From Camelus ferus (Eukaryota): a stretch of 64,000 nucleotides of DNA. Under the pieces are notes generated by a model, which saw only the letters and a program-made list of their open reading frames with translations, did not search any database and was not told where the DNA came from. Made by a program: the position numbers and the translations under genes. Below are positions 23,061 to 39,285 of this stretch, in pieces; position 1 is the first letter of the stretch, and each line of letters starts with the position of its first letter. The stretch spans positions 112,842,001 through 112,906,000 of the forward strand of contig NC_045697.1 in NCBI RefSeq assembly GCF_009834535.1, given 5' to 3'.

Positions 23061-24295
23061 TGTAAGAAAAAAAATGGAAAAATTTACTTGAGCCAACCTG
23101 AGGATTACAACCTAGGAGACAGTATCTCAAAGCGCCCTGAGGACTGTCGCAAAGAGTGAAAGGGGGAGACCCTTATAGATGTGATTCTGGAGAAGGGAGG
23201 CGTGCAATCAAATAGGCGTCTTGGTGGAAGCTTACTGCTTTTTACAGGGAATAGACGTAATGGTTTTAGTGCTTTTCTGAGCATGAGAAGATGCAAGAAA
23301 CTGGCTTCATAAAATTTTCTCCTGAAAATATCTAACACCTGAAGGCTTGTTCAGCCAGTTTTTCCAGAGCACTGAGTGCCTCGTTCCCGAACTTTGCCCT
23401 GAATTCCTTCCAGGGTGTAGTGTAGGTCAGCGACTAAATGACCTGATTCTCGTAGAACTGGCTGGTGGACAACATTACCATATGATCCCTTCCCTTTTGG
23501 CCTTAATTTTGAGGAGGGTTTGGGAGGCATTTTGTGACCAGTTTGCCCCACGGTGCTGGGAATGCTTACGACCAGTTCAGGTGAGGATTTTGTTGGTAGG
23601 ACGCTTGGTGTGTTGTTACTGGACGAGGCCCTGTTAACAGAAGCCAAAAGCCTCTGGACCACCTGTCTTGCTAGTCTGTCATGGGCCAGGAAATGATTCT
23701 CTCTTGTTGCTTCTTCCCACACCCAGAGTTACAGTCGGTGATCTTGTAGGACTGTATGTGGTCAGTGGTTTAAAGTCACCTAGTCGTCATCATTTTTACT
23801 GGAGGCTCAGTCACACATTTGGTAACGCAAGAAATAATGATCTTGTAAAACAGCTAGTAACAAGTAACAGAGCCAGGAACATTAGTAAGGTCATAAGTGA
23901 GTGTTTAATCTAAGAACTTCCATTAGGTGCAGCCCAGTACCTCGCCAGGTCATCTGAACAGACTTTTCCACATCAGTCGTTATATGATTAGAGAAATGGT
24001 GTATTGACATCATGCATAAAGTTCACCAAAGACACCTGCATGTCCAGGAGGGGTGGTGGGTCATTATGACCCATTATAGGATTTGAGAAAGGAATGTTAT
24101 CTTCTAAGTCTGATGTCAGAAGAAGGAAAATGGGTCTTTATGGCTGAGCAGGAATTTCTGCCATTGGGGAGGCCTGGTTAACACGTAACACAATTGTACC
24201 AGGAGAGGGGAAGGAGGAGGCCGAAGGGCAGAGGAAAAATTCATGTTTAAATTTTTCTTGTCTTGCCTTAAAATAGGAACTGAATTTCATCACAT
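23061..24295 (-). mobile_element. ERV1-class LTR element, about 1.2 kb, family not assigned
   Basis: TG...CA ends (tgtaagaaaa...tttcatcaca) and LTR-like aatttacttgagccaacctgagga; no clear TSD. Confidence 0.55.
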
Positions 24296-24444
24296 CTAAT
24301 GGAAGAGTTTGGTTTCACAAAAAAAATCTTTGTTCTGAGAATAGAACAAGATAGCCAAAAAGAATAAAAATTGTAGTAATTATTTAATGGTTCCACCAAT
24401 ATTTCATGGGACTCCTGTATTCCTAGACTTTTCACAGTGAATCT

Positions 24445-24624
24445 CTTTTTTACAATTTTTTAAAAAAATTTATTTTTAAAAATAAATGGTGGGGAGAGGT
24501 AATCAGGTTTGTTTGTTTATTCATTCATTCATTCATTCATTCTTTTAATGGAGGTACTTGGGGATTGAACCCAAGACCTCGTACATGCTAAGGACATGCT
24601 CTACCACTGAGCTATACCCTCCCC
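24445..24624 (-). mobile_element. Full-length camelid Vic-1-like SINE with 17-bp TSD
   Basis: TSD cttttcacagtgaatct at 24428-24444 and 24626-24642; head ggggagggtatagctcagtggtagagc...gggttcaatcccc; (ATTC)n in the tail. Confidence 0.9.
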
Positions 24625-25209
24625 GCTTTTCACAGTGAATCTTCTACAAAGAGTATTTTCCTTATGTCAGCTGAGCCTTTGACTTGCGTTTTTTTTTTTT
24701 CCCTAAATGGACAAATTACAACAATAATAACAATAGTTAACGTTTATTGAAAACTTATGTGGCAAGCACTGCCCTCAACACTTAATCCAGGAGATGAATG
24801 TTGTTCAGTTGGAGTAGTCAGAAAAATCAAACCTTACGAGAGAGAGAGTTCAGGGAGTGGATATTTAGGGTACCTGGAGGAGATTTGGAGAAAGATATTA
24901 GCATGGCCCATCCATTCATCTTTCCACATGCTTTATCCCCTTCCATGTTCATTCCCTCACATACGAACCCAGATGAGGAAGCAGAACAGCATGTGATTTG
25001 CACAAGGACCTTTCTGCCCCAGTGTAAAGAGAAGCTTTGCTTGCTATTTAATACAGAATAAAGTTATATTTAAAAAATACAGATCTGTGGTAAAAAGTCC
25101 TTTCTTGAAAATTGTTTTGTTGTTGGCACAAGATTGGGTTTTCAGTTTCTAGAGACTAGAACTTTGCTGTGTCTTATTAAGATTAATAATTATAGTTAAT
25201 GAGCACCTG

Positions 25210-25425
25210 CTGTCATTTCTTGAGCTCCTGTAGGTCTGTGTGCCCTAAGCATCCTGCCTGATACTGTGCACATATTGTCGCTAATCCCGACGGCAGCCTT
25301 TTTAGATAGATTTACATTGTAAAGATGAGAAAACTCAGGCGCAGATGAAGGAATTTACCCTAATTCACAAAACAAGTTGGTGGCAGAGCCTGGGTTTTAA
25401 AACCCAGACGTTGTACTCCAAGGGT
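25210..25425 (-). mobile_element. MIR SINE
   Basis: aaagatgagaaaactcaggcgcaga...ggtggcagagcctgggttttaaaacccag. Confidence 0.7.
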
Positions 25426-25699
25426 TACTCATCTGTAGTCTCACGTGCCAAACCACCCCGCAGCCCTCTGACACTTCTTCAGTGTCACACACACACACAG
25501 AAGTGTGAATGGCCATCACAGATGGTGTAGGACTCACACTGTAGAAGGAAAGAGTGGGGATTTCAAATCTAACTGCAAAATTAATGTGGCTGGATTAAGA
25601 AAAGATTTGGGGTGCCTTATTTTGATAGAAAACAGGAAGCCATTCGGGGTTATTGAGAAGGGGAATAACATTAAAAAATGATACTTTAAAAAACAACGC

Positions 25700-26048
25700 A
25701 TAAACGTGTTTTTTAAACGTGTCACACAGTGTGTTTATGACGTATGCATTTCACTGTATGTGAAGTTTTACCTAAAAATATTGTACGCAGATACTGAATG
25801 CTGGTTGATGCTATGCATTCTGAATTACTTAGAAATAGAGTGTGCTTTCACATGCAACTTACTTAGCCATGAATTGTAGAAATAAGATGGATTTGTAAAT
25901 GGATAGAAGAATGGATAAAGAGATAGATAAGTGATAAAGTAAAATTAGCAAAATCTTAGAAACTTGGGTATTGGCATACTGGTGTTACTGTATCATCCTT
26001 CAGGTTGTATGCATATTTGAAATTTGTCATAAGATGCTAGAAGAAAAT
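25700..26048 (+). mobile_element. Ancient L1MC-like 3' end
   Basis: atgcatttcactgtatgt...gatggat...gataaag...tttgaaatttgtcataa. Confidence 0.6.
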
Positions 26049-26449
26049 AGAGACATTGGTAGCGGTACGTGGGATAGATTGGAGGAGCAGAGAGCACAGC
26101 TTGGAGACTTTACGGTAACTGGATATGAGCTGTCGAGTACCTGAGCAAGTTAGCGGCCACGAGGAAGTAAGTACTGATCACGGCTGATATTTAGAATAAA
26201 GAAGTAGGGTTTTTATTTTAAATGAAACAAGGGATGAAATAAAGAGAGATGAATCTTATCAAGAGGTTCTAGCCTCGTGGAAAAATCAAGTGGTGGTGCT
26301 CTGTCATCTGGCATCGAGGTGCTGGTGTGACAGGTGCCCAAGTCCTGGCTTTCTTTGGAGGCACTTCTGTCACCGGTGTTTCTGTAGACTGCCCCTAAGT
26401 GGAACTCGCCCTGACATTGGTAACTGGCATCTCTTGACCCTCCTAGACC

Positions 26450-27003
26450 TCCTTTTATCGGCTACACGCACGCCTACACCATGCCACACGCTCTTCCTGC
26501 AACATGACATTCGCACCCTCCATCAATATCAAGAGGAGGCTCCCCAGTTCTCCCTGCTGGAACCCAGGTGGACCTTTGTAATTTCTTCAACCAATCAAAT
26601 GTAGTGGAAGTGCTACTGTGTGTCTCTTGCCCAGTCACCTCTCTCATGACTCACTCCTTGAGAGCCTGAGATGACGAGGGAAGAATCCTGGCTGCGCTGG
26701 AGCCACCACACTGGAGAGACACAGGGAGAGTTCAGACACTGAGAGATGCCCGCATTGCCTAAGCTGCTCCCAGCCCCGGCTGCTGGAGCCTCCCCAGCCC
26801 AGGCAGCAGACGCGTGAGCACGTAAGCCTCCGTGGGTTGCTGCCTCCAGCCTTAAAGCCTCCCCACCTGACACCAAGGGGAGCAGAGGGCGTTGTCCCTG
26901 CTGCACCCTGTCCAGACAGCAGATTCATGAGGGAAATGAGTGTCATCCTTTTAAGCCACCAAGTTTGGGGATAATCTGTTGCTCAGCCATCATAAGCAGA
27001 ACA
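26450..27003 (+). mobile_element. MaLR LTR, MLT1F/G/H-like
   Basis: Ends ttttaagccaccaagtttggggataatctgttgctcagccatcataagcagaaca; internal accaatcaaatgtagtggaagtg. Confidence 0.7.
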
Positions 27004-27064
27004 CATTCACTTTTTCCATTAAGGTCACTGTGTCCTAGGAGGAAGACCTGATTTCTTTCAAGAG

Positions 27065-27536
27065 TTCTTTTCTTTTTGATTGAAGTAGAGTTGATTTACA
27101 AAGTTGTGTTAGTTTCAGGTGTACAGCAAAGTGATTCAGTTATACACATATATACATATATATAATTTTTCAGATTATTTTCCATTATAGGTTTTTACAA
27201 GATATTGAATAGAGTTCTCTGTGCTACACAGTAGGACCTTGTTGTTTATCTGTTTCATATACAGTAGTGTGTATATGTTAATTCCAGACTCCCAGTTTAT
27301 CCCTCTCCCTCTTTCCCTTTTGGTAACTGTAGTTTGTTTTCTGTGTCTGTGAGTTTATTTCTGTTTTGTAAATAAGTTCATTTGCATCATTTGTTTTAGA
27401 TTTATATGAGATATATGATATTTGTCTTCCTCGTCTGACTGACTTAGTATGACAACCTCCAGGTCATCTGTGTTGCTGTAAATGGCATCATTTCATTCTT
27501 TTTATGGCTGAGTAATAATCCATTGTGTGTGTGTGC

Positions 27537-27592
<56 letters not shown>

Positions 27593-28385
27593 CTCCACAT
27601 TTTTATCCAGTCATCTGTCGATGGACATTTAGGTTACTTCCCATGTCTTGGCTATTGTATATAGTGCTTCTGTGGACACTGGGATGCATGCATCTTTTCA
27701 AATTATAGTCTTCTCTGGATAGATGCCCAAGAGTGGGATTGCTGGATTATATGGTAACTCCAATTTTTAGTTTTTAAAGGAACCTCCATACTGTCCTCCA
27801 TAGTGGCTGTAACAATTTACATTCCCATCAACAGTGTAGGAGGGTTCCTTTTTCTCTACACCTTCTCTAGCATTCATTCTTTGTAGACTTTTTAATGACG
27901 GCCATTCTGTAGTTTTGACTTGCATTTCTATAATAAATAATGATGTGAGTATGTTTTCATGTGCCTGTTTGCCATCTGGATGTCTTCTTTGGAGAAATGT
28001 CTGTTTAAGTCTTCTGCTCATTTTTGATTGGGTTGTTTGGTTTTTGGTTGTTGAATTGTATGAGCTGTTTTTATATTTTGGAAATTAATCACTTGTTGGT
28101 CTAATTGTTTGCAAATATTTTCTCCCATTCTGCAGGTTGCCTTTTTGTTTTATGGTTTCTTTTGCTGTGCAAAAGCTTTTAGGTTTAATCAGGTCCTATT
28201 TGCTTATTTTTGCTTTTTGCTTTTATTTTCATTACTCTTGGAGATGGATCAAAAAAAAAAATACTGCTGTGATTTATGTCAAAAAGTGTTCTGCCTATGT
28301 TTTCCTCTAGGAGTTTTAGAGTATCTGATCTTACACTTAGGTCTGTAATCCGTTTTGAGTTTAGTTTTGTACGTGATGTTAAGAG
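27065..28385 (-). mobile_element. 5'-truncated L1 (3' UTR plus ORF2 C-terminus)
   Basis: tttgattgaagtagagttgatttaca...; frameshifted ORF2 C-terminal remnants (ORF 27767-28021). Confidence 0.9.
27524..27590. repeat. (GT)n microsatellite, pure (GT)25 at 27541-27590
   Basis: Read directly; lies inside an L1 3' region. Confidence 0.95.
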
Positions 28386-28562
28386 ATAAGCCCACAGGAA
28401 GCATGAACCTTGCTCCTTAGCAGTGGAAGAACATCTTCCAACTATTTTCTCTTCTCACTCTCTAATAATGCCTAGATTCAATTAGTCTCTTGTCTTTAGA
28501 TTTTTCTTAATAAGAGGCATGCTCTCTATACCTCCCAAAATCTAGACAGTAACTATCAAATT

Positions 28563-28799
28563 CAGGCCTTCCACTGGTGTATATGGTACCTTTGTGCAAA
28601 GTAGAAGAAGGCACCACTTACTCAAGATATTATACTTCCACTATAAAATTGTCGTAATATCTACTAATTTTATTAGAATAAAATATTTTACTTCTGCCTG
28701 ACTGAAAATTATTTTAGTGTACTAAACTATAATGCCCATGGCATGAATGGCATCCCTAGAGTGCAGTGTCCAACCTACACAACTGTACATGCTCGTCTG
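28563..28799. mobile_element. MER91-like hAT transposon
   Basis: tgaatggcatccctagagtgcagtgtccaacctacacaactgtacatg resembles the MER91 terminus. Confidence 0.5.
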
Positions 28800-29114
28800 A
28801 AAATTCTTCTCCAGGGTTTTTTTTTTTTTTTTTTTTTAAACCAAGGCTTCTTTACTAGGCTTGAGGTGGGTGGAAGCATTTTCTCCACCACACAGAATAA
28901 AATGTCTCTCCTATCAGTCTTTCCTTCTTTATGTAGCCCAAAGATGATTAATCATCCAGAAATGTCACAGAACTAGTTTGAGGGGGCCAGCTCTTAGCAA
29001 TCCCACTTAGATGGAATAGTACAGCCCTTTAACATATGCAGATCCTGTTTACTTGTTCTAAGGTGCAGTTCAGGAGGAGAAATAGTCTTATTTAACATAG
29101 TCTCTCTTCCTCTC

Positions 29115-29507
29115 TACACACACACACACACATACACATATTCCTTTTCATATTCTTTTTCATTATAGGCTATTACAAGGTATTGAATATAATTCCCTGT
29201 GCTCTGCATTAGGACCTTGTTGTTTATTTTACATATGGTAGTTTGTATCTGCAGATCCTGAACTCCCAATCTACCCCTCTATCCGTCCTTCCTCCCTGGT
29301 AACCACAAGTTTGTTTTCTATGTTTGGGAATCTATTTCTGTCCTATAAATAAGTTCACTTGTATCATTTTGAGTCCACATACAAGTGATATCATATGGCA
29401 TTCTTCTCTCTGGCTTACATCACGTAGTTATATGTATAACTGAATCACTATGCTGTACATCAGAAATTAACACATTGTAAATTGACTATACTTCAATTAA
29501 AAAAAAA
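29115..29507 (+). mobile_element. 5'-inverted (twin-primed) L1 3' end
   Basis: Antisense L1 29115-29428, then sense terminal segment 29429-29507 ending in poly(A); degenerate TSD tttaacatagtc / ttaaacataatc. Confidence 0.8.
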
Positions 29508-32369
29508 CTTTAAACATAATCCCAGTGACATCTGGTTATTATTCTCTATTCAGCAAGTATTTGTTGATTCTATGTATGTGTGTATATATGTATATATAAA
29601 TGCACATATATGTTTCCCAGACACAGTGCCAGGAACTGGGAATGTGGTAATGAGCCATGAAATTAACAGTGTAGTGGGTTATGCAAGCAAGTGTAAGATC
29701 ATACGAATGGATAAATACAGAATCGTAAACTTTGATAAGGGTTATGACTTGCAAGTCAGAGTGGAGTATCTTGGAGAACAGGTCTGAATTGAGACTAGAG
29801 ATTCAGGGTTTGCCCCACAGCAGTGGTGGTTCTCAGTATAAGAAGCGATAGTCGCAGGGAGTAAATGCATGAAGAAAGGAGTTGTGGACACCCCTGATCC
29901 ACAGACGGAGGGGCCCTGGGGGAACACAGGAAGAGACAGAGACAGCAGATAACCTGGCTCTGAGTCTCAGGACATGGGGAGGAATCTGTTTCAGAAAGAG
30001 CTGGTGTCGTGGACAGCAAGACCCCTCCGAGGGTGTGGGGAAGACAGGCACCGAGGAGAGTTTCTTAAGTGTGACAAACATGCAAGCACTCATCACTTTC
30101 AAGTTCAGAAAAGGGTCCTGACTTTACATTAAGGACACAAGGAGAGTATTCTGGCTTCACAGGAATTCATAAGGAAGAGGAATTCAAGTTAGGCTGTGGC
30201 CTCCAAGAAGGCTTTCAGGGTAGGTTGAGCCGGAGCTGAGTTTTCAAAGGTAAAGCAATAGTTAGGTAAAAAGGTATGCGGCGCCGTGGAGAACGGAAGG
30301 GCACAGCGTGTTCCGGAGATGCTAGTGGTTTGGGGCGAGCGTCTGCGTTGGAAGGGGTGACAGAGACGGGGCTGGGGAGGTGAGTGAGACCAGATTGGGT
30401 AAGATCCCTGCCCTTGGCTGAGGAGTGGAGCTTTGCAGGAAAGTTACGGGGAACACTGAATAAGATTTGAAAGAGGAAAATAACGTAAACAGATCTAAGT
30501 TTTAGTAAGAGTGCTACAGCAGCCATGTTGATGAGTTCCAGAGGAAGATACAAAGCAAGAGATCAGTTAAAAGAGTTGTAACTGACCCAGGTGAAACATG
30601 CGAATTTCAGAAGTGGAGACAAGCATGAGCTGCCCTTCCAAAGGCCAGATGTTAGCACTTGAAGACTCTGGCTTTGGGGGCTGGATGAGGAAGACCCCTG
30701 AGTTGCTGTTCAGGATACATCTGTGGGGCAGGGACTGCGTTTACTGCTAAGAAGGACACAGGAGTGGAAGAAGATGGGGTTGAGGATCCTGGGACTTTCT
30801 AAACTGCAGTAGGTTCTGGGCAGACTGATCTGGGCTGGGGGTGGGTGGGCAGGAGGGAAGACATGTCAGCACATACACTCAGATTTTCTTCTAATAAATG
30901 ATTCGATGAGGGTGTCCCTAAAGAAGAATATTCCTGGAAAATCCAGTGACTTTTGAAACCCACGGCACAAGTGTCACCATGAAGCCCAGAAAGTCTCCTG
31001 ACACCTTCTCCCAAAGCACTCTGGCAGGCAGGGAGGTCATTTCAACCCCCTCCTCTTTCAGTGGATCTGAGCGTTTTGGGAGCCAAACACCAGACTTCGT
31101 GACTCATGGCCGCAACTCACAGCTCCACCTTACACTCCACCCCCTTCGCCCAGATCTCACACCACATTGCCCAACGTCCATGACTCATTAGTCCGTGGAT
31201 GTCTTTCTGAAAAATCCCAGTTACAGAAGTAAAACGTTCATTTTTTTTAAAGTTGTGTTGACAACTGCCGAAGGTGATTCCATCTAAAAGGAGTTGCTTT
31301 TACACTTGGTGAAAAGTTAAAAGTGGCTACAGTTGTCCAGCTGACTGAGCAGCCTGGAAAATAAGACTGAATTATTATTAATATGCGGCAAACAGCAAGG
31401 CACAGACCTCAGATGGATTCAACCTCCAGAATTCCGAGTATCCGATCCCAGGAAAGAAACTGTTGAAAAGTCAAGGTATTTCTGAAAGCATAAAGTGAAC
31501 CCCAAAGAGAAACAGACAATAAAAAGAACAGTACTCAGCTTAGAGCCGCCAAGCTGCCTTCCACATAACTCACACCAATAGCCTATTTCCGTTCCAGGGT
31601 AGTGGAAGAGACAGCCGGAGTGTTTATTCTGAAATTACCTAGTGCGAGGCTGAAGACATTTGTTTCCTTAAAGGAGTCTGCCTGACATGTGGACTTCCTT
31701 ATAAAATTGCATTAAATATGTATCAGCTTGGAGAGCCAACCAAAAGAGAATACCGCATTTTCAATTTAGTCTTGGTTACACTTGACCTGTTTTAAAGTGT
31801 TTCTCTAATGAAATGGAAGCAGTACCCAAATTAATTCTATGCAAGAGGCAGAGCGGATTCTGTGCTGCTTAATCACAGTGCACACCATCCACTCGGCCTG
31901 AGTGCGGAAACAATACGGGGACGGCGATGGCTTTAATCCGGCGGACCTGATAACATTGTCATCATAAGCAAAATGAAGTTCAAGAGGTTTTCTGACCTGA
32001 ATGTAACACTTACGTTTTACTAGAAGAAAGAAGGAAGGTCAGAGATCCAAAGAATTCTGCTGTGGCAGTTTTAGCTTATAGTTGTACCAACAACTCTGTA
32101 ACCAGAGCGACTGAGCTAAGGAAGGGGGGTGGGAAATCCAGTCTTCTTCATTATCATCACCAGCGTATCTGCTAAAAGCTGGACACCTTTCTAGGCATTT
32201 TTCACATAAATTAACTCCTAAGTGAGTTCATCCTTACAGTCTAGCTTACTTATTTAAACGCACACTTACAAACTTTTAAAGAAGTGAGGTCAGAAGAGTT
32301 CTAAAGGTACCCAACTGGCAAGTTGGACACCTGGGATCCTGGAGACCCACCCCCTCCGCTCCCCGCTGC

Positions 32370-32980
32370 TGCCCTGATCAGTGATGTACCAGTGCCCAGG
32401 GTGTGGCAGGTGCTCTGCTGAAGGTGGAAATGCGCAGTGGACAAAATGTCACGGCCCTGTGGAGTTTTCACTGGTGGGAGAGACCAATGGCAGACAAGTC
32501 AAGACAGAAGCCAGATGGTGTTATCAGACGCGGAAAGTGCTGCTGAAGGAATAGTTGGCACAGAGAACTGGAGGGGGGCATTTTTTGCTTGTTTTCAATG
32601 CAACATGAATAGGCAAGTCCTCTTTAAGGAAGAGCGATCTTAAGGAGAGACCTGAATGGTGCAAATGCACGAGACATAAGTCAGACGATTGTAGCATGAA
32701 CGGTAAACCCCAAACTCCTGAGCAAGGGGCTTGGCATCTTCTAAGTAAGAACCAATAGAAGGCTAGTCTGCCAAAAACAGTGTAATAACTAAGGGAGAGA
32801 AAATAGTGAAATAGGAGGGAACAAATCATGAGCCAAATCATCCAGGGACCTGTAGAACCTTGTGGATTTCATTGTAAGAATAATGGAAAGCTACAGAAGA
32901 ATTATGGTAAGGAAATGACATAGCCTAATTTATATCTTTTAAAAAGTATTCTAGATTCCATGTGGAGAATAGATTGCTTA
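32370..32980 (-). mobile_element. L2 fragments (also about 30190-30720 and 55690-56400)
   Basis: Purine-rich antisense L2 motifs such as gtggatttcattgtaagaataatggaaagcta and tgtggagaatagattg. Confidence 0.55.
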
Positions 32981-33261
32981 TTTTTTGTCTGCTTGATGGC
33001 AGTTTTTGAGACGGATATGTCAAGTCTCAAATGACAATCACTAATGTGCCTATTTCTTCCTTAAAACTTTTGATTTATATGTTGTGAGTCTGTTTTACAG
33101 GTTATACCTTTATGTGTATATGTTTATAATGTCATGCCTTCTTCTCCTATTTTTCTCTTTTCCAGTATATAATATCCTTGTGATATTTTTGTCTTAAATT
33201 TTACTTTGTTTGGTTTAACATTTTCTACCCCAGCCTTTTTTCGCTGTTCATATTTTCCCTT

Positions 33262-36362
<3,101 letters not shown>

Positions 36363-37330
36363 AGAAATTTTGTCTTTTTGATTTGGGAGTGTCACTTGAA
36401 GAAAAATGACTAAATATAATTTGTTATTTCCCAGCTCCTATTTTATCAATATTTCTAGAACTTAATTTTCAGTTGTTATGGATAAAATTTCTAGTTTATT
36501 TTAACTAGGTCCTATGATTCTGTGCTAGTTTTCTCTCTCCCTCTCTCTTTCTCTGTCTCTCTCTCTCACACACACGCACATGCACAAAGTGTTACTGACT
36601 ACTTGTAAACACAATCACTACTTCTTCTCCTGCTACTTGTAATATCTCTGGTGTTCTTTTTAATTTTTCTTTATTTACTCAAGTACCTACTTCAAGAATG
36701 ATTTCATTGTATGACACTGTTGAAAGTTCTGAAATCTTAGATGCCGAAGAATATGTTTATGTCCTCCCATTTGAAGAATTATTCAACTGGATATTCTTTA
36801 ATACTTGAAAAGTATTACTCCACTTTTCTTGTATCACATGTTTCTACCAAAATGTTTGACTAACCTGATTCTTGTTCCCACATGGGAGACTTGCTTTTCT
36901 CTTGGAACGTTTCTTGGAATACTCTCATTGTCTTTGATACTCTTAAAATACCCTAAATTTGTTAGGTAATGGTTTTCTGTTCTCCCCTTGTTTAGCATTC
37001 TGAAACTCTTCCACCCTGAAGGCTTTCCTCCTTCTTTAATCTTGTGGAAGTTTGTATTTATTATTATATTTTATGTGTACTTTTCTGTATCTTTATACTT
37101 TAGAGCCATCTTCTGGGAGAGTGCCTCCATATTATCTTCCAAATCACTAATTCACTCTTCAGCTACATCTAGCCTGGTATTTATCCCCTCTATTATGTTC
37201 TTTATTTCAACCATTGTATTTTACTGTGTAATGGTTCCAATTCTATAACATTTTTTGTTTATTATTGCTGCTGTTTTACCTTTTCTGCTCAAGCATAAAT
37301 ATTATGCTTATTTTAAATTCTCACTCCAGT
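36363..37330 (-). mobile_element. Ancient L1M fragment, continuing the piece at about 32990-33260 split by the younger L1
   Basis: T-rich degraded antisense L1 motifs on both sides of the young L1. Confidence 0.5.
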
Positions 37331-38789
37331 GATTGTGCTTCAGATGGTATGTGTCATCCGACTGAAACGTCTTACAAAGGTTGCATCACCAGGTTCCAGT
37401 ATTTGATTTGTGACACTGCTTCCCTGGAGAAATCAGTTACTCTGGTCAGGGGTGCTGGAGAAGGGCTGACAGCCAGGGGTCCAGATGAGTGACAGCAGAG
37501 GGCTCCGGACACCCAGACCTCTGCTGACAGCCCCCACTTGCTGTCACTTTTCTGAGTACATGCTTGGGTCAGGTTTTCACCTCAACTTTTGAAATGAAGT
37601 GAGGAGCATAAGGAGGAGTTTTCCTTCCTAAGCAGTAACCTACTGCCCTGGGGATTTAGACCAGGTGGGGATGGAGGAGCCCTAATGTGTGAGGGCCTCT
37701 GTTCAGCCCTCCTCAGCCCGTCACCTTTGTTTCCTTGTTGCTTGTGTTTGGCTCCGTTATGGTTTTCAGCCCTGATTGTACCTTAAGTCACTATCCTCCA
37801 GATGTTGGTGGTGAGTTGGATAATGAAAGGGAAAGGAGTGATGATCTGAAGACAATGAAGGGGAGAAGCAAAAGAGGAACTTGAGAGATTCCCAAAGGCC
37901 CTTTACCCCTCCCCAGACTCCCTGTTCAAGGCCTCGGTCAGTCTCCAAGGGGAGAGTCAGGTCGGGCTGGCTTTTAGTTATGTGAGTGAATCCTGTAGTC
38001 ATGTTTCTGCTCTCAGCTTTGGTATTTCCAAGTTTGATTTTGAAGGAGTGACTAGGAGCCACACTAGCTTACCATCATAACTGGAGTAGAAGTTTTATTT
38101 GGTTTTTTTTTTTTTTTCCTCACATTTCTTTGCTTTGAATCAGTACTAGCTTTATTCTCTAACTGCAGTTCATGAATCATATTCATGACAGATTCCAAAA
38201 GTAGTATATAATGTATCAAATTCTGTGGCATATGGTGAGCACTCAAAAAAAATTCTTGCCTTTTATGATAGTATGTTCATGGATTTCTCTAGGAAATCAC
38301 AACTTTATTTCTTCCTTTTTTTAGATGTTGCCATATCTCACATATTTTTGTCACCTGCATTTCATGGAATAGCTGTTTTACGACTGATAAGAAAGCAAAT
38401 CTTATTTAATAGGATGTCTCTATTCTGTTATCATTCTGTTTCAGTATAGAAAACCAAGAAAATTCCTCTGGTTTTGTTATTGGAAACTGACTAAACAAAT
38501 AAGAAAAGCAGAACTAAAAGCCTAGTGTGAAGATAATGAAGAAAGTTTGGAAATTGCAAAATGTTGAACATTAAAATAAGATGCACCTGTCATGAAACCC
38601 TGGCTAGAGGGGTAAATTAATTCAGCATTCTTGGATTTCATTAGCTAATACTCATTCAATTAGGCTTTTGCTAAATCTTAAGTAGGGCAATTTTAAGCAA
38701 AAAGTTTTAAAAGGACATGTTGTTTGACCAGCAACTTACGTCTAGAAATGTATTCGAAGAAATAATGAAGAATTACTCATAAATTAAGT

Positions 38790-39058
38790 TTCTCCAAAAA
38801 CATTCGTGTGCTAATCCCTGGACCCTGTGAATATGCTGACTTCCAGGGCAAAAGAGAATTTGCAAGTGTGACTAAGTCTCTTGGGATGGGGAGTTGATCT
38901 TGGATTATCTGAGGGACCCAATGTCATCACAGAGACTCAGGAAGAGGGAGGCAAGTGGTTAAGATCAGGAAAAGGACATGGAACAGCAGACGCAGAGATG
39001 GAAGGTTGTCTTTTGACAAGGAAAGAAGGAATGAGCCAAGCATGCAGGTGCTTCCAGA
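38790..39058 (+). mobile_element. MLT1C/D-like MaLR LTR fragment
   Basis: ctaatccctggaccctgtgaatatg...ggcaaaagagaatttgca...ttggattatctgagggacccaatgtcatcaca. Confidence 0.75.
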
Positions 39059-39079
39059 GTCTCATTTTTAACAAGTAAT

Positions 39080-39285
39080 TTACTAATAAAAATAGCTGCA
39101 TTTTAAGTGATGGGAAATTTTAAAAAGCTTTGTATGTATTATCTCAGTTAATTGCTCCGGTGAAGTGGATATACTATCCCCATTTTACAGATGAGGTAAT
39201 TAAGGCACTGAGTCCATAGGAGCTCACACTTAGTAAGTGACAGATTTGAAACTAGGACATGAGACCCCTGAGCCTGCACTCTTAG
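39080..39285 (-). mobile_element. MIR SINE
   Basis: tatccccattttacagatgaggtaattaaggcac. Confidence 0.75.

Noticed and set aside
24549..24624. tRNA-Ala(AGC)-like sequence (also 11933-12005)
   Set aside because: It is followed by the shared SINE tail, is flanked by a TSD and has stem-breaking changes, so it is a SINE head rather than a tRNA gene.
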